From: Octopus vulgaris
Lineage: Eukaryota
DNA: 64,000 bases
Direction: 5' to 3'
Assembly (NCBI GenBank): GCA_951406725.2
Contig: OX597819.1
Coordinates: 96,596,001 to 96,660,000, forward strand
Made by a program: the position numbers and the translations under genes. Each line of letters opens with the position of its first letter. The stretch's first letter is position 1. Below are positions 1 to 12,689 of the stretch, in pieces. The notes beneath the pieces were generated by a model. The model saw only the letters and a list, made by a program, of their open reading frames with translations, did not search any database and was not told the origin of the DNA.

Positions 1-299
1 AAGAAATACTCCAAAATGGAGGACTGTCAAAGTCATTGTTGAAGAAGATGATAATAACAAATAACAAGTTGTTTAGACCTAAGACTAAATAAACAATTTC
101 TATTTGAAAACGGTACGAAGTGCCAAAAAATGTGAGTGGTGCCAGTCATTTGATCTCAAATAAATACTAAATACATAAATAAATAAACAAAATTGTATAC
201 ACAAAAAATATTGAAGTAGGCAACAGAGTAATATTTAAACACATATGAAGAAACAGAACATCTAGGTTATGTTTTTATGCCCTAGTCATACAGTTTCAA

Positions 300-510
300 A
301 TCATTGCCCAAAACTAGTAAATCTAGCATGGGGGAGGAAAATTGATTATATCGAGCCCTGTACTCAACTGGTACTTGTTTTATCGACCCCAAAAGGATGA
401 CAAACAAAGTGGGCCTAAACGGAATTTGAACTTAAGGCATAAAGTCGGAAAGAAATGGCGCTAAGCATTTTGTCCGGTTTCTTAATGATTCTGCCAGCTC
501 ACAGCCTTCC
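300..510 (-). mobile_element. tRNA-derived SINE, family 1 (tail type A), diverged
   Basis: Carries the shared core (plus strand ACTGGTACTTGTTTTATCGACCCCAAAAGGATG), the B-box region GGAATTTGAACT and the head end GATTCTGCCAGCTCAC seen in many other copies in the window. Confidence 0.85.
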
Positions 511-980
511 TATGTTCTTGTAATATAAAGTCTGAAAACGATAAGGATCTTATAGAAAAGAAAATCTAATATAAGATCACTGCAAGGATATATATTTATA
601 TTGAGGAGAGGTATTGATATAAATTTATATAGTAGGAATACATTGAGGATATTTATCTAAAAACTATAGTAATAAAGAGTAGGGAAATCTTATTAAAAAT
701 TACAAGAATGTACGCTAAGAATATTGATGTAAGTACATAATGTATCATACAGTGAGGATACTGTTGTTAGGATATAGAGTAATTAAAAGGGTGTTAATAT
801 AAGGATACACAATATTTTTTTTAGTTAAGATATTGTTGTAAGGATATATAGCAATACAAAGTAAGGACATCCATGTAAGGCTATACTGTAATATAAAAAT
901 TAACGTTATTGAGATAAAAATATTTAGTGAAATATGAAGTAACAATATTAATTTGAGGTTACATAGTAATATAAAGTAAG

Positions 981-1549
981 TTTATTCTTTTCTACTCTAG
1001 GCAAAAATCCCCAAAATTTTGGGGGAGGGGGCCAGTCGATTAGATCGAGACCAGTACGTAACTGGTACTTAATTTATTGACTCCGAAAGGATGAAAAGTA
1101 AAATCGACCTCTGCGGAATTTGAACTCAGAACGTAAAGATATACGAAATACCTATATCATTACTGACCATAAGGAGCTACACACAGAGGGGACAAACAAG
1201 GACAGGCAAACGGATTAAGTCGATTATATCGACCCCAGTGCGTAACTGGTATTTATTTAATCGACCCCGAAAGGATGAAAGGCAAATTTGACCTCGGCGG
1301 AATTTGAACTCAGAACGTAACGACAGACGAAATACCTATCTCTTTACTACCCACAAGGGGCTAAACACAGAGAGGACAAACAAGGACAGACAAACGGATT
1401 AAGTCGATTACATCGACCCCAGTTCGTAACTGGTACTTTTTTAATCGACCCCGAAAGGATGAAAGGCAAAGTCGACCTCGGCGGAATTTGAACTCAGAAC
1501 GTAGCGGCAGACGAAATACTGCTAAGCATTTCGCCCGGCGTGCTAACGT
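981..1549 (-). mobile_element. Three head-to-tail family-1 SINE copies: 981-1152 (tail A), 1153-1336 (tail B), 1337-1549 (tail B)
   Basis: The core ATCGACCCCGAAAGGATGAAAGGCAAA...GGAATTTGAACTCAGAACGTA occurs three times. Both junctions read ACGAAATACC|TAT. Confidence 0.92.
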
Positions 1550-2372
1550 AAGTATAGTGAAATTGGTTTAATATAGATATATTAACCAGAGATATGAAAT
1601 TGGTTAAATATAGATATATTAACCAGAGATATTAACGTAAAAAAGTGAATATATACTGTATAAAGATATGAATGTATAGCTATGCAATAATGCAATGTAA
1701 TATTATTCATGTAAGGATGTACTGTTGTATATACTATTGTATACTATTGTATGGCACAAGGATATTTGCATAAAACTATATAGTAATATGAAGGAATGAT
1801 ATTAAGGTAAGGACAAACAGTAATATAAAAGACGCTTAGCTTACGAACGAATAGCTTTTAGAGGAATTATATTAAAGAGATGCAAAACAAATTCACCACG
1901 TGGATAAGAAACAACTCCGAGATATCATTGATACGTCATCTGGTTTGAATTCTCCTCACACAGAGGAATTAAGACACTGCAGAATAAAGCCTTTACATTG
2001 AAATATTGAAAACTCCAGCAAGGGGTTTAAGCACAAAAATTTTAACAAACAAAAAAAAAACACGTTCTTCGCTTGGTTAACTTATATCAGCACCAACTAT
2101 AAGAGAGAGAGCATAAAAAAAAAAAAACGAATATTAAAAAAATATATTTAAACCACCAGCAATAACGGAATAAATAGGTGAATTGTTTCAACTTTTGTGA
2201 CGATTATAATCATGTCACAGAATCAAGGAAGAATATTGTGACATTCATGACGTTAGTGACTCTATTGGCAATGACACATCGTGTAGTAACGAGATGTGAA
2301 CTTCACTGATACAACTGACATTTGCTTTCTACGGGTTTCTGGATGTTGGTTTCAGATGAAAGTAGATAAGGT

Positions 2373-2388
2373 TATATATATATATATG

Positions 2389-2480
<92 letters not shown>

Positions 2481-2508
2481 TGTGTATATATATACATACA
2501 TATGTATA

Positions 2509-2559
<51 letters not shown>

Positions 2560-2577
2560 ATATATGTATATATATAC
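2373..2577. repeat. Compound (TA)n/(TATG)n microsatellite, representative of dozens of (TA), (CA), (TATG) and (GATA) tracts across the window
   Basis: Directly visible. Confidence 0.98.
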
Positions 2578-3107
2578 TTACTTGGAAATGGATGCGTTGC
2601 GTTCAATTAAATAGTAGATAATAAATAATATATAATATAATATATATACATACATACATACACACACATGCATATATGGGTACATGACGTCACCAACGGT
2701 GCAAGTAGCATGAAATACGTAAACAATGAGAAAAAATGGAAAATGGGACAAGTTAACACAGGAAAAGGACCCTTCATCAGTTGTTTACTGTATATCTACT
2801 CCTCATTTCGAGCATTCAACGACAATATGAGTCTTCAAAGACAGCTGCTCCCATAAATTTAAAAATAAAATTTAGGATTTATGGAGGGTCCAAGTTGGGA
2901 GCCAAAAAATGACAGTGGAGACATACAAGGAAACTGAACGAAAACTAACATAGAGGGTCGTTAGACCAGAACGAGAGGGAAATAGTGAACACTGGGAGAA
3001 ACATTTTATTGAAAAGAGAAAAGATAGAAGATCGTTTAAACGTCCGTGCAAGAAAAAGATAGTCACGTGAGGAAAAGAAAGATGGATGAGGATCACGTGT
3101 GAGCAAC

Positions 3108-3139
<32 letters not shown>

Positions 3140-3733
3140 GAAGGAGAGAGAGAGAAAAAAGGGAATTGGTGAAGTACAGAGGAAGAAAACAGTATAGGGT
3201 AGAGTATGACATCAAAAAGGTGAAGATAAACTTACTTGGAAATGGATGCGTCGCGTTCAATTAAATAATCGATAATAAATAATATATATATACACACACA
3301 CATACACACACGTACATATTTGGGTATAGGACGTCACCAACGGTGTAAATAACATGAAATAGGTAAACAAACGAGGGAAGACGAGTGAGATACGTAAATA
3401 ACAAGAAAAAAGTGGAAGATAGGACAAGCTAACACAAATGTTGTTGGCTGTCTACTCTCCATGTTCGCTTTCGTTCGGTTTCCTTGTATGTCTTTATTGA
3501 CATTTTTTTGTCCCCGACCTTGACTCTCCATAAATTCTAAATTTTATTTTTGAATTTATGGGAGCAACTGTCTTTGAAGACTCATATTGTTGTTGAATGC
3601 TCGAAATGAGGAGTAGATAGACAGCAGACAATTGCTGAAGGGTCCTTTCTCTGTGTTAGCTTGTCCTATTTTCCATTTATTACTCTTTGTTTACGTATTT
3701 CATGTTATTTGCACCGTTGATGACGTCCTGTAC

Positions 3734-3740
<7 letters not shown>
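2575..3740. repeat. Direct plus inverted repeat block, probably PLE terminal-repeat (pLTR) derived
   Basis: About 2575-2760 is repeated directly at about 3229-3440, and about 2674-2880 is repeated inverted at about 3527-3740. The block adjoins a PLE and is bounded by (TA)n. Confidence 0.6.
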
Positions 3741-3779
<39 letters not shown>

Positions 3780-3846
3780 TCTATTATATATATATATATA
3801 TTATTTATTATATATTATATATATTATTTATTATCTATTATATATA

Positions 3847-3888
<42 letters not shown>

Positions 3889-3889
3889 A

Positions 3890-5545
3890 TATAACGGAGA
3901 AAACAAGAAAAAACAACGCGAGGACGTGGTACATGCAAAGTATTAATAAGCGCTAAGGAAAGGAAACAAAGACAAAGTGTGTTTTACGTTTCGAGCAAAG
4001 CTCTTCTTCAGAAACAGGAGACATAGGAAAGTCCAAGATAAAAGAAAGACGGAGGAAAGAGATCGCCAACAACCTATATGTAGTTACATTTTGGAATGAC
4101 CGGAAAGGGATATACCAAAAAAATTTGATTTCTAAAAGGGGAGAGTGTAAGAGGAGGTATCTCTGTGTGTGTGTGTGGCAGTATTTGAATGCATGTGTGG
4201 ATATGCGGGTGGTGGTAAGTGCGTGTGTGTGTGTGTGCATGCGTGTTGTGTGTGGTGTTAACTGTTTATATGTATATGTGTGAGTGATCGTTGTATCTGT
4301 TAATGTTGTTGGAAGAATTCAGCAGCTATGCTAACAGGAGTGGTGGTCCTTTGCATAGTTGTGTGTTTTTGCACGTGAGCGTTGATGGGATGGTCAGTGG
4401 TAGGGAGTCTGAGAGGTAGTCTGAAGGGCGTGTATGTGTATGTATGTATGTGTGTGCATGTATGTCCGCGTGTGTATGTTTGTGTGCGCCTGTATGTACG
4501 AGTGCGTGTGCATGTGTGTGAGTGTTGTGTGTGTGTGTGGTGTGGTAGGTATCTGTGCGTTCATGTATGTGAGTGTGCGTGTGTATATGTGTGTGCGTGT
4601 GTATCTGTGCGTGTGTGTATGATAGTGCGCGTGAGGCTGACCAATGTAGAATTTGTTGCAGTGATTACATCTGATGCAAGAGAAAAGGCTGAAAGAAGTG
4701 CAGGGGAAGGAGTTCCTACTGTGAAGGGTGTGCTGGTTGGAGGTAGTGTTGGTGATGAAAAGACAGGTGTGGCAGCGGGATCTAGAGCAAGGGAAGGATC
4801 CGGGTTGGATTGAGATGGAGGAGAGAAGGTGCTACGGACCAATAGATCACGTAGGTTATGGGCGCGTTTAAAGGAGGGCAAAGGGTGGGTTGGGGAAAAG
4901 GGGTCGGGTGGTGGGATCTAGCTGGGGACGACGGAAAGGGGGAAAGGGGGTACAGTCGGGGGATCGGTGTGAGGAAGGAGAGAGGGAAGTGGTGCGATCG
5001 ATTAGACGAGCATTAGACGAGAGCGGGCAAGGGCAGATTGGACAAGGGTGGATGAGTATCCTCGACACATGAACAGGTGGTCCAGGTACTGGGACAGGCT
5101 GTCGAAAACCTGGTTCCGGCTGCACAAGCGTCAGAGGCAGAGAAACTATGAGTAGGGGATGACCCATCTGGTGTGGGAAAGATGGGTGGAGGAAAAGTTG
5201 AGGTAGAGATTTGCGTCCATGGGTTTGAAGAAGGCGGAAGCGGTGAGAGAGTTGGAGGGGAGGTCAATGATGAGAAAGATATCTAGGAAGTATACAGAGG
5301 TGTCAGAGATAGTAGAGGTAAATTGGGGGAAAAGGGTGAAAGTTAGAAAAGAAAGGGATGAAATTGGGAGTTGTTCGCAGGAGAGAGGGGTGGCGGCGCC
5401 TATACAGTCGTCCACGTAGCGACTGTATAGCTCTGGGGTCGGTCCAGAAAATTGGTAGAATACTTGGGCATCAATGTAACCAACAAATAGGTTGGTGAAA
5501 TTGGGCCCCATTCTCGTTGACATAGCGACACCAGAGATTTGTTGG
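3890..5545 (-). mobile_element. Penelope-like element, 5'-truncated and frameshifted: RT C-terminal half, GIY-YIG start and terminal repeat
   Basis: RT motifs YQQISGVAMSTRMGPNFTNLFVG, RYVDD, FLDI, FKPMDANLYLNFSSTH, then FKRAHNLRDLLVRS. A frame missing from the ORF track (about 4630-4808) gives QPGSFPCSRSRCHTC...CIRCNHCNKFYIGQ, the PLE Cys-linker and GIY-YIG start. Confidence 0.9.
3979..4016 (-). ncRNA. Minimal type I hammerhead ribozyme in the PLE terminal repeat
   Basis: Minus strand reads UGUUU CUGAAGA A GAGC UUU GCUC GAAA C GUA AAACA: full core, stem I UGUUU/AAACA, stem II GAGC/GCUC, palindromic ACGU in place of stem III. Confidence 0.8.
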
Positions 5546-5961
5546 TAAATATATATGAACATGTATGAGTACGTACATACAAATATACGTTCATGTACGT
5601 ATACATGTTTGTGTAAGTGTGTACGTATGTCGGCGTTGTGAACGCAGGAGGTTTATGTCTATGTATTGTGAGAATATTGTTGCGCGTATTTTTTTATCTT
5701 CTGTCTTTTTTCTTTTTGTACCTATTTGAGTAACTTCCCTTTTATTCAACGATTTTTCATAGCGTCTGTTCACATTAATAGCCGACGAGAATGCAACGTA
5801 GCTCTTCGCTCTGACATTTGAAACTCCGAGTATTATAATCACAAACTTTTACTGTTTATTCTAAATTATAACATATATAAATAACCCTCTATTTATCTAA
5901 TATCAAGGTCTCATTCTATTCTTGCGTATATATTATGTGTGTATATATATATTTTCTTTCC

Positions 5962-6215
<254 letters not shown>

Positions 6216-6269
6216 ATGTATGTATATATGCATGCATGTATGTACGTATATATACAAGTGTGCGTGTGT

Positions 6270-6770
6270 GTGTGTTAATGTGTCTTTGTACTTGTCCCCC
6301 ACCACAACTTGAGAACTGGCGTTGATTCTTTCTTTTCTTCTGAGACTGTAACCTAAAAGCTCGGCACAAGAAACCGAGAGAATAAGAACCACACTTACAA
6401 AGAATAATATTCGCCTAAAACCCTTGACGGCGGTACCCCGGCATGGTTGCAGTCCAGTAACTGAAACAAGTAAAAGATTAAAGATATAATATATAATATT
6501 TATATATATATCATATATATATATGTAGCGGATTGGGAAAATGGAAACTGAAAGAAGCCCGTCGCATATACATATATGTATGTGTGTGTATATGTTTGTG
6601 TGCCTGTGTTTGTACCCACACCACTGCTTGACAACCGATGCTGCAGTGTTTACGTCCCTGTAACCTAGCGGTTTGGCAAAAGAAATCGATAGAAATCCTG
6701 GGGTCGATTTGCTCGACCAAAGGCGGTACTCCAGCATAGCCGCAGTTATATGACTGAAACAAATAAAAGA
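6270..6770 (+). mobile_element. Two 5'-truncated copies of tRNA-derived SINE family 2 (about 6270-6485 and 6528-6770)
   Basis: They match the reverse complement of the complete copy at 49468-49878 (GAAACTGAAAGAAGCCCGTCG; CCAGCATRGCCGCAGT...TGACTGAAACAA). Confidence 0.85.
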
Positions 6771-6812
6771 ATATATATATATATATAAAATTGCATTTTC
6801 AAACTTTCTTTC

Positions 6813-6872
<60 letters not shown>

Positions 6873-7454
6873 AAATGTGTACAAATGAATATTATATACA
6901 CATAAATATATACATTATATATGCATAAATATATATTCTAGCTCGAGTAAGTGAATAATACAGTCACACGTCATCTTCATGGGGAAGCGGTGGTGGCGGA
7001 CGGGGAAGGTGAGGCAGCATAGTGGGTGGGAAAATTTCACACAGTTCTCTGTTTGACTTGTTTTATAAATATGTATAGAGTAACAGAATTAAATCTATTC
7101 AGAAGGCACACACATACACATACACTAGCATATGCGCACACATCCACACACGTACAATCAATCACTAAAATTAACATATAATTGTAGGATTTACATGCGA
7201 ATTTGTGTATGTATGTATGTATGTATGTATGTATGTATGTATGTATGTATGTATGTATGTATATATGTATGTATGTATATATATATATGTATATATATAT
7301 AGACATACATACAATATCTGTACACCTCTTGAAACATACATGCATACACATATATATATATGTATGTGTATCTATGTGTGTGTATACATACATGCATATA
7401 TATATGTGTGTGTATATATATTTATATATACATGGATATGCATATACACACGCA

Positions 7455-7521
<67 letters not shown>

Positions 7522-7549
7522 GTTTGTATGTATGATTGTTGTAAAAAAA

Positions 7550-8950
7550 TGAACCACTGTTTATTATTAAAGTAATTACTGTAAATAAAAATAAAATCGG
7601 TTCGAATAGATTAAGTTAAAATAAAACACTGTTGTTTGAGACTAGCGCTTTCATCCGTTACATAGTTGTCAAAATGTAAATGCGTAATATTTATGTTATT
7701 GCTAAGCAACATTTTTACTTGTGTCTCTTTAAGAAATGTTATTTTGAAGAGAACGTTTGTAAAATGTTTTTTCTATTTCTTTCCGGTATTGTGAATCGTC
7801 CATTGAACATATATAAAAAGGAAATATTCTGAATTTGCTATTCCTGCAAATTTTCTAAATATTCATTGAGTGCTATTTTCCTTAGTTCTGGTTAACATAT
7901 TTGTTGTTCATGTATTCTAACTGGTTCTTATAAAGAATTTCCGGTCTGACCAATGTAATTTTACTTACAGCTGGAACAAGTTATGCAATAAATTAAATTT
8001 ACTCTATTGCATTTCAGTTCAGCATTTATTTTCAAAGATTGTCCGTTTTGAATTTCATCTTGCAACTAGCTTCCAAATAATTAAAATTATCTATACCATA
8101 TATCGCACATCTAATATATCTTCACATTTTGCTCTTTCAGCTTCTTTTGTTACGTTTACAGTTGATGCTTAAACTGTTATTAATTAAATCTTTCATTTTG
8201 TGCTGAGGAACGGGGTTTGTTGTTTAGCCTTAATGGTTGTAAAAGTATTTGATATTTCTGTATTATGAGTATTGACTTATGGAAAAATATCTTCTTCAGT
8301 TTTCTTTTAAACGAAGTACTCTGTTGAGATATATCCAGTTCCCTTGCTTTTTAATTATATTTTTGATCATTTTTTGTAGTTTTTGAAACATTCTCAGATC
8401 ATCGAGTCAAATTTGTCACAATTCAATATCAACCACTATGTTTTGCTATACCATGTTGAATGTTCCATTTAATGTGTAGTGGATAACATGAATAAAAGTT
8501 CAAATATCGATGTATCTGGGATTTTATAAAATATATTTTTTGTAATCCTGGTATTACATTATTTTATAACGATATCAGAAAATAGTAATCCTTTTCAATG
8601 CTTTCTATTGTGAATTAAATGGTGGAGTGGAGGGCGTTCACGATTTCATGAAATATTTGAAGATTGCCTCTTGATTTCTTTTACAAAATGAATGAATAAG
8701 GAAATAAATAAATATATACATAATGAAATCATAGAGAAAACACTTCTTTTTCTCTATGATGTATCCATTAAAGTTAGAACTTTACATTGCATATTTACAT
8801 CTTAATGAGTCTGAAATTACTGAAAACGCTAGATTCAAGTAACAGCTTTCTATTTTCCTTAATTCCTTTCCGACTAAATTTAAATTTAGCTGAACGTGAT
8901 TTATTATAAATAAACTGCGTTTCAGTTTCAGTAATCTTTCCTCAATTTAT
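7550..8950 (-). mobile_element. Highly decayed Penelope-like element (RT end plus GIY-YIG)
   Basis: Minus-strand translation near 7940-8000 gives NLIYCITCSSCK*NYIGQTG (GIY-YIG). About 8440-8540 resembles the PLE YYKPTDT..YL.F.S.HP motif. Confidence 0.7.
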
Positions 8951-9036
8951 TAAAATTTCTCAATATATATTGTAATGTGCACTACAAACCAATCATTATC
9001 TATATTTAAACACACACACACACACACACATATACT

Positions 9037-9073
<37 letters not shown>

Positions 9074-9075
9074 GA

Positions 9076-9138
<63 letters not shown>

Positions 9139-9145
9139 CACACAG

Positions 9146-9177
<32 letters not shown>

Positions 9178-9336
9178 TCACACACACATGATATTTCACT
9201 TAGGCAATTCTTCACTTTCGAGTGTGCTGCATCTTATGGTAGAAAAATCTGCAAGCTAATGAAGTTCATCATTGCCCAGTCTCCTGTTCCGCGGTCATTT
9301 ATCTAATTACACACAAACGTGCACACATAAGCGAAG

Positions 9337-9420
<84 letters not shown>

Positions 9421-9518
9421 GCACACACACACACATAAATACGAGTGTATGAATGAGTGAGGGACATAGATACATAGACTGGTAGTTAGGTAGGTAGGTA
9501 GGTAGGTAGGTAGGTAGG

Positions 9519-9608
<90 letters not shown>

Positions 9609-10362
9609 CCGCCTGTGTTATTTCCAGATCAATCAGGAATTTAGACCAGATACTAAAGGATTGAATGTCACAAAGCAGGATATGATTGCAATGTTATAAA
9701 GACAGCTACAAGGCCGTGGAGAGTGCAAAACATCATTGAGATAGTTAAAACTTCTTGGAGATGGCCACATGGTGAAGACGGCTATTTACATCGTGAAAAA
9801 GCCTACAACTTCATGCAAATGAATTCAGAATCGTGGAGATAGCTATACACAGACGCGTGCGCACACACGCACACACATACACACACACGCACGCATACAC
9901 ACGCGCGCGAACGCTCATGCGAGCATAGGTTCAGAAGAGATGGCTACAACGTAGTAAATATGGCCAGAACATGGTGAAGTTGGTTACAGCAACAGGGGAG
10001 TTGTTTCCTAGTGGCAGTTTTCTCAATTGTCTCATAGTAGATGAAGCAGTGACGGATAGCAAGGCTAATGAGACACAACTTTTATCAAGCAAGCCAGATC
10101 AGTTCTTGCAGAAAGTATCAGGAACTCACACCAAATAAAAACGTGAGTACAACGACGTTACTGTAACCCACATTCGTATTTCCAACAAGCAACTCACACT
10201 TGAAATACCTTAAGAATATGGCTCTTCCATTTACCAGCAACTTACATATGTTTCATCAACGGGAACCAATAATTCTCTTCATTTAGTTAGTATCACGTGA
10301 TGTGTGTGTTTAGCAGAAAGAATATACAATGTAGGAGCTCATTTCTGATAGTTCTTATATAG

Positions 10363-10440
10363 TAGCACTCCCAACCGTTTTTGGCGCCACAGACCGGTTT
10401 CATGCAAAATCCTTTTTTCACGAGCCGGGGGATCACACGC
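10363..10440 (+). mobile_element. hAT/Charlie-like transposon end fragment
   Basis: CTCCCAACCGTTTTTGGCGCCACAGACCGGTTTCATG resembles, from memory, MER1/Charlie3-type termini. No partner end was found. Confidence 0.5.
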
Positions 10441-10525
10441 ATAACAAAACAATGAAATGCATAATATATATAATGTAATTATTACATGTATAATACATAT
10501 ATATTACGTATATGATACGTATATA

Positions 10526-11545
10526 CAGGGTGTCCATAAAATCTTTTTACAATTTCAAAAGTTTTTATTACAAAGGCAATTTATGGGATGTTTATCAGAT
10601 TTGGTCTATGTACTCAGTGGTCATCAAAGTTTTTAATCATTTGGCATTTGCAATTTTCAGGTACCCTGTTGATGGAAAAGGTTTTGTTGAATGAAACCCT
10701 AAAAAATGGCTACTCCTCAAGAAAAGTTATAATGCGTATCATGGTTTATGGAAAGAAAATCGGACATGCAGAACCAGCGAAACTACAGGATTAAGTATGG
10801 AAGACATCCACCAACACGTCCGTCAATTCGTACATGGCACATGAAATTTATGGAAACAGGAAAAGTGTTGGATAAAGGGAGAAATGGCCGATCAAAATTA
10901 ATTCAGGAAAACATGGATCATATGAGACAATCTTTTGTTAGTTCTACAAATTCGTGGTTGAACGTGGTAGTTACAGCTACCACGTTCAACAGTGCACAAA
11001 GTCATACATAAGAATTTGCGATGGTACCCTTACAAAGTGTAAATCTTACAGGCACTCAAACCAAATGAGTACCTAAAATGCAAAGAGTTTGTAGTTAACA
11101 TGCTGGGACGAATTTCTGAGTTGCAGCTTTCCTCGCCCGAATTTGTTTTAGTGATGAGATAACCTTTCATGTTTCAGGGAAACTGAACTCATATAATGTG
11201 AGGATCTGGGGATCAGAACACCCCCATGTGACTATGGAACTTCACTGAGATAGTCCAAAGGGCAAAGGGCAATGTTTGGTGTGGGATGATGTGCAATCGA
11301 ATCATTGGTCCAATTTTCTTCACAAAGAGAGCGATTACTGTAAATGTTTACCTTGACCTTTTGACTGAATATGTGGCTCCATAACTCTAACTATCATTTT
11401 CCAGCAGAATGGTGCATCACCACATTGGGGACTGTATGTTCGTGGCTCCCTAAATCAAACATTCTCAGACCGGTGGATTGTAAGGGATGGCCCAATTCCC
11501 TGGCACCTCGTCCCCCGGATATCACTCCCCTGGACTTTTCTATGG
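10526..11545 (+). mobile_element. Tc1/mariner-superfamily transposon remnant, probably DD41D (rosa) type; transposase pseudogene from about 10706
   Basis: TA|CAGGGTGTCCATAAA left TIR. Peptides YGRHPPTRPSIRTWHMKFMETGKVLDKGRNGR, CFSDEITFHVSGKLNSYNVRIWGSEHP, VWCGM...IIGP, IFQQNGASPHW and PDITPLDF, with stops and frameshifts. The right end is missing. Confidence 0.88.
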
Positions 11546-12689
11546 AGTTATTTCTGTCAAAAACAAAAAAGAAAAACACCTTGCGGGCATAAAGAATCGA
11601 CACCCCTGGAGTATTAATGTACAAAAGTATTTAATAACAAAGGTATAAGACGTACCCTTTGCTTTTGTCCATTCTCATTCATACCCACGTACACACACAC
11701 ACATACACACATACCTGCACTCTCTCACAAGCATACTTTCTCTCTCGCTCTCTCTCTCTATCTCTCTTTCTCTCTCCCATACACTCATACGCACAGTCCT
11801 CACTGATGAATAAAGGCTGGAATTATTTTGTATGTAACTATGTTTAATCAAAGTGTGTGTGTAATGATAGTGCATATCAGTTATTTAGACATGTGCTTAT
11901 GTATATATAAAGTTGAATATATGTGTAATTGTGTGTTTGTGTTTGTGTGTGTGTATATATATGTATGTATATATATATATATACATATACATATATGCAC
12001 ATTCACACACACACACACACGCACATACACAAACATATATAAGACATGAAGAACGAGTGAGAAGAGTGAGGGGAGAGACCCAGTATGAAAAAAGGATTGA
12101 ACGAATGTCTGTAGGTTATATGAATATGTCACTTAATAATTGAGCGGGTGTATACTACGTTGAAGGGTATATAATTGTATCGAGAACCGGGTATTTATTC
12201 ATTTATTGACAACTGGCGGTATCCACAGAATTGGCAGTAGCATAACATGAAGTAATGTTATCTTTTCGCCTGAATGCTCGTTCGGAAGCGAGATAAGAAG
12301 GCATGTCACTGCAATGGGGTTATTATCGCAACACCACCCTACCTTCTCCTCGACTATTTCAGACAGACGTTTTGACAGGTATATTCCACTACCACTGTTC
12401 CACCACAACTATTGATTTTTTTTTTATTCTATCCACTACACACGTTAGAGATTTAGAAATATTTTATCTAGTTTATAGCATGGTTCCTAATCGGGGTGGT
12501 GAGAAAACGACTGGACGTGATCATCCATCCAATCCTTATGTTCTGTACAGAATATTGATTATGTTAAACATGCTACTGAGGTTGGTGTTATGGAAAAAAA
12601 AACTTTTAACAGCGACAGTGATGTTAATAATATTACAAATAATCTTCTAATACAGGCACAAGACCATGGATGTCACTAGAAGACTTAGT

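Noticed and set aside
4561-4881. Endonuclease-less (Athena-like) PLE suggested by the Pro/Ser/Thr-rich ORF after RT
   Set aside because: Another frame encodes the Cys-linker and GIY-YIG start, so this is a frameshift.
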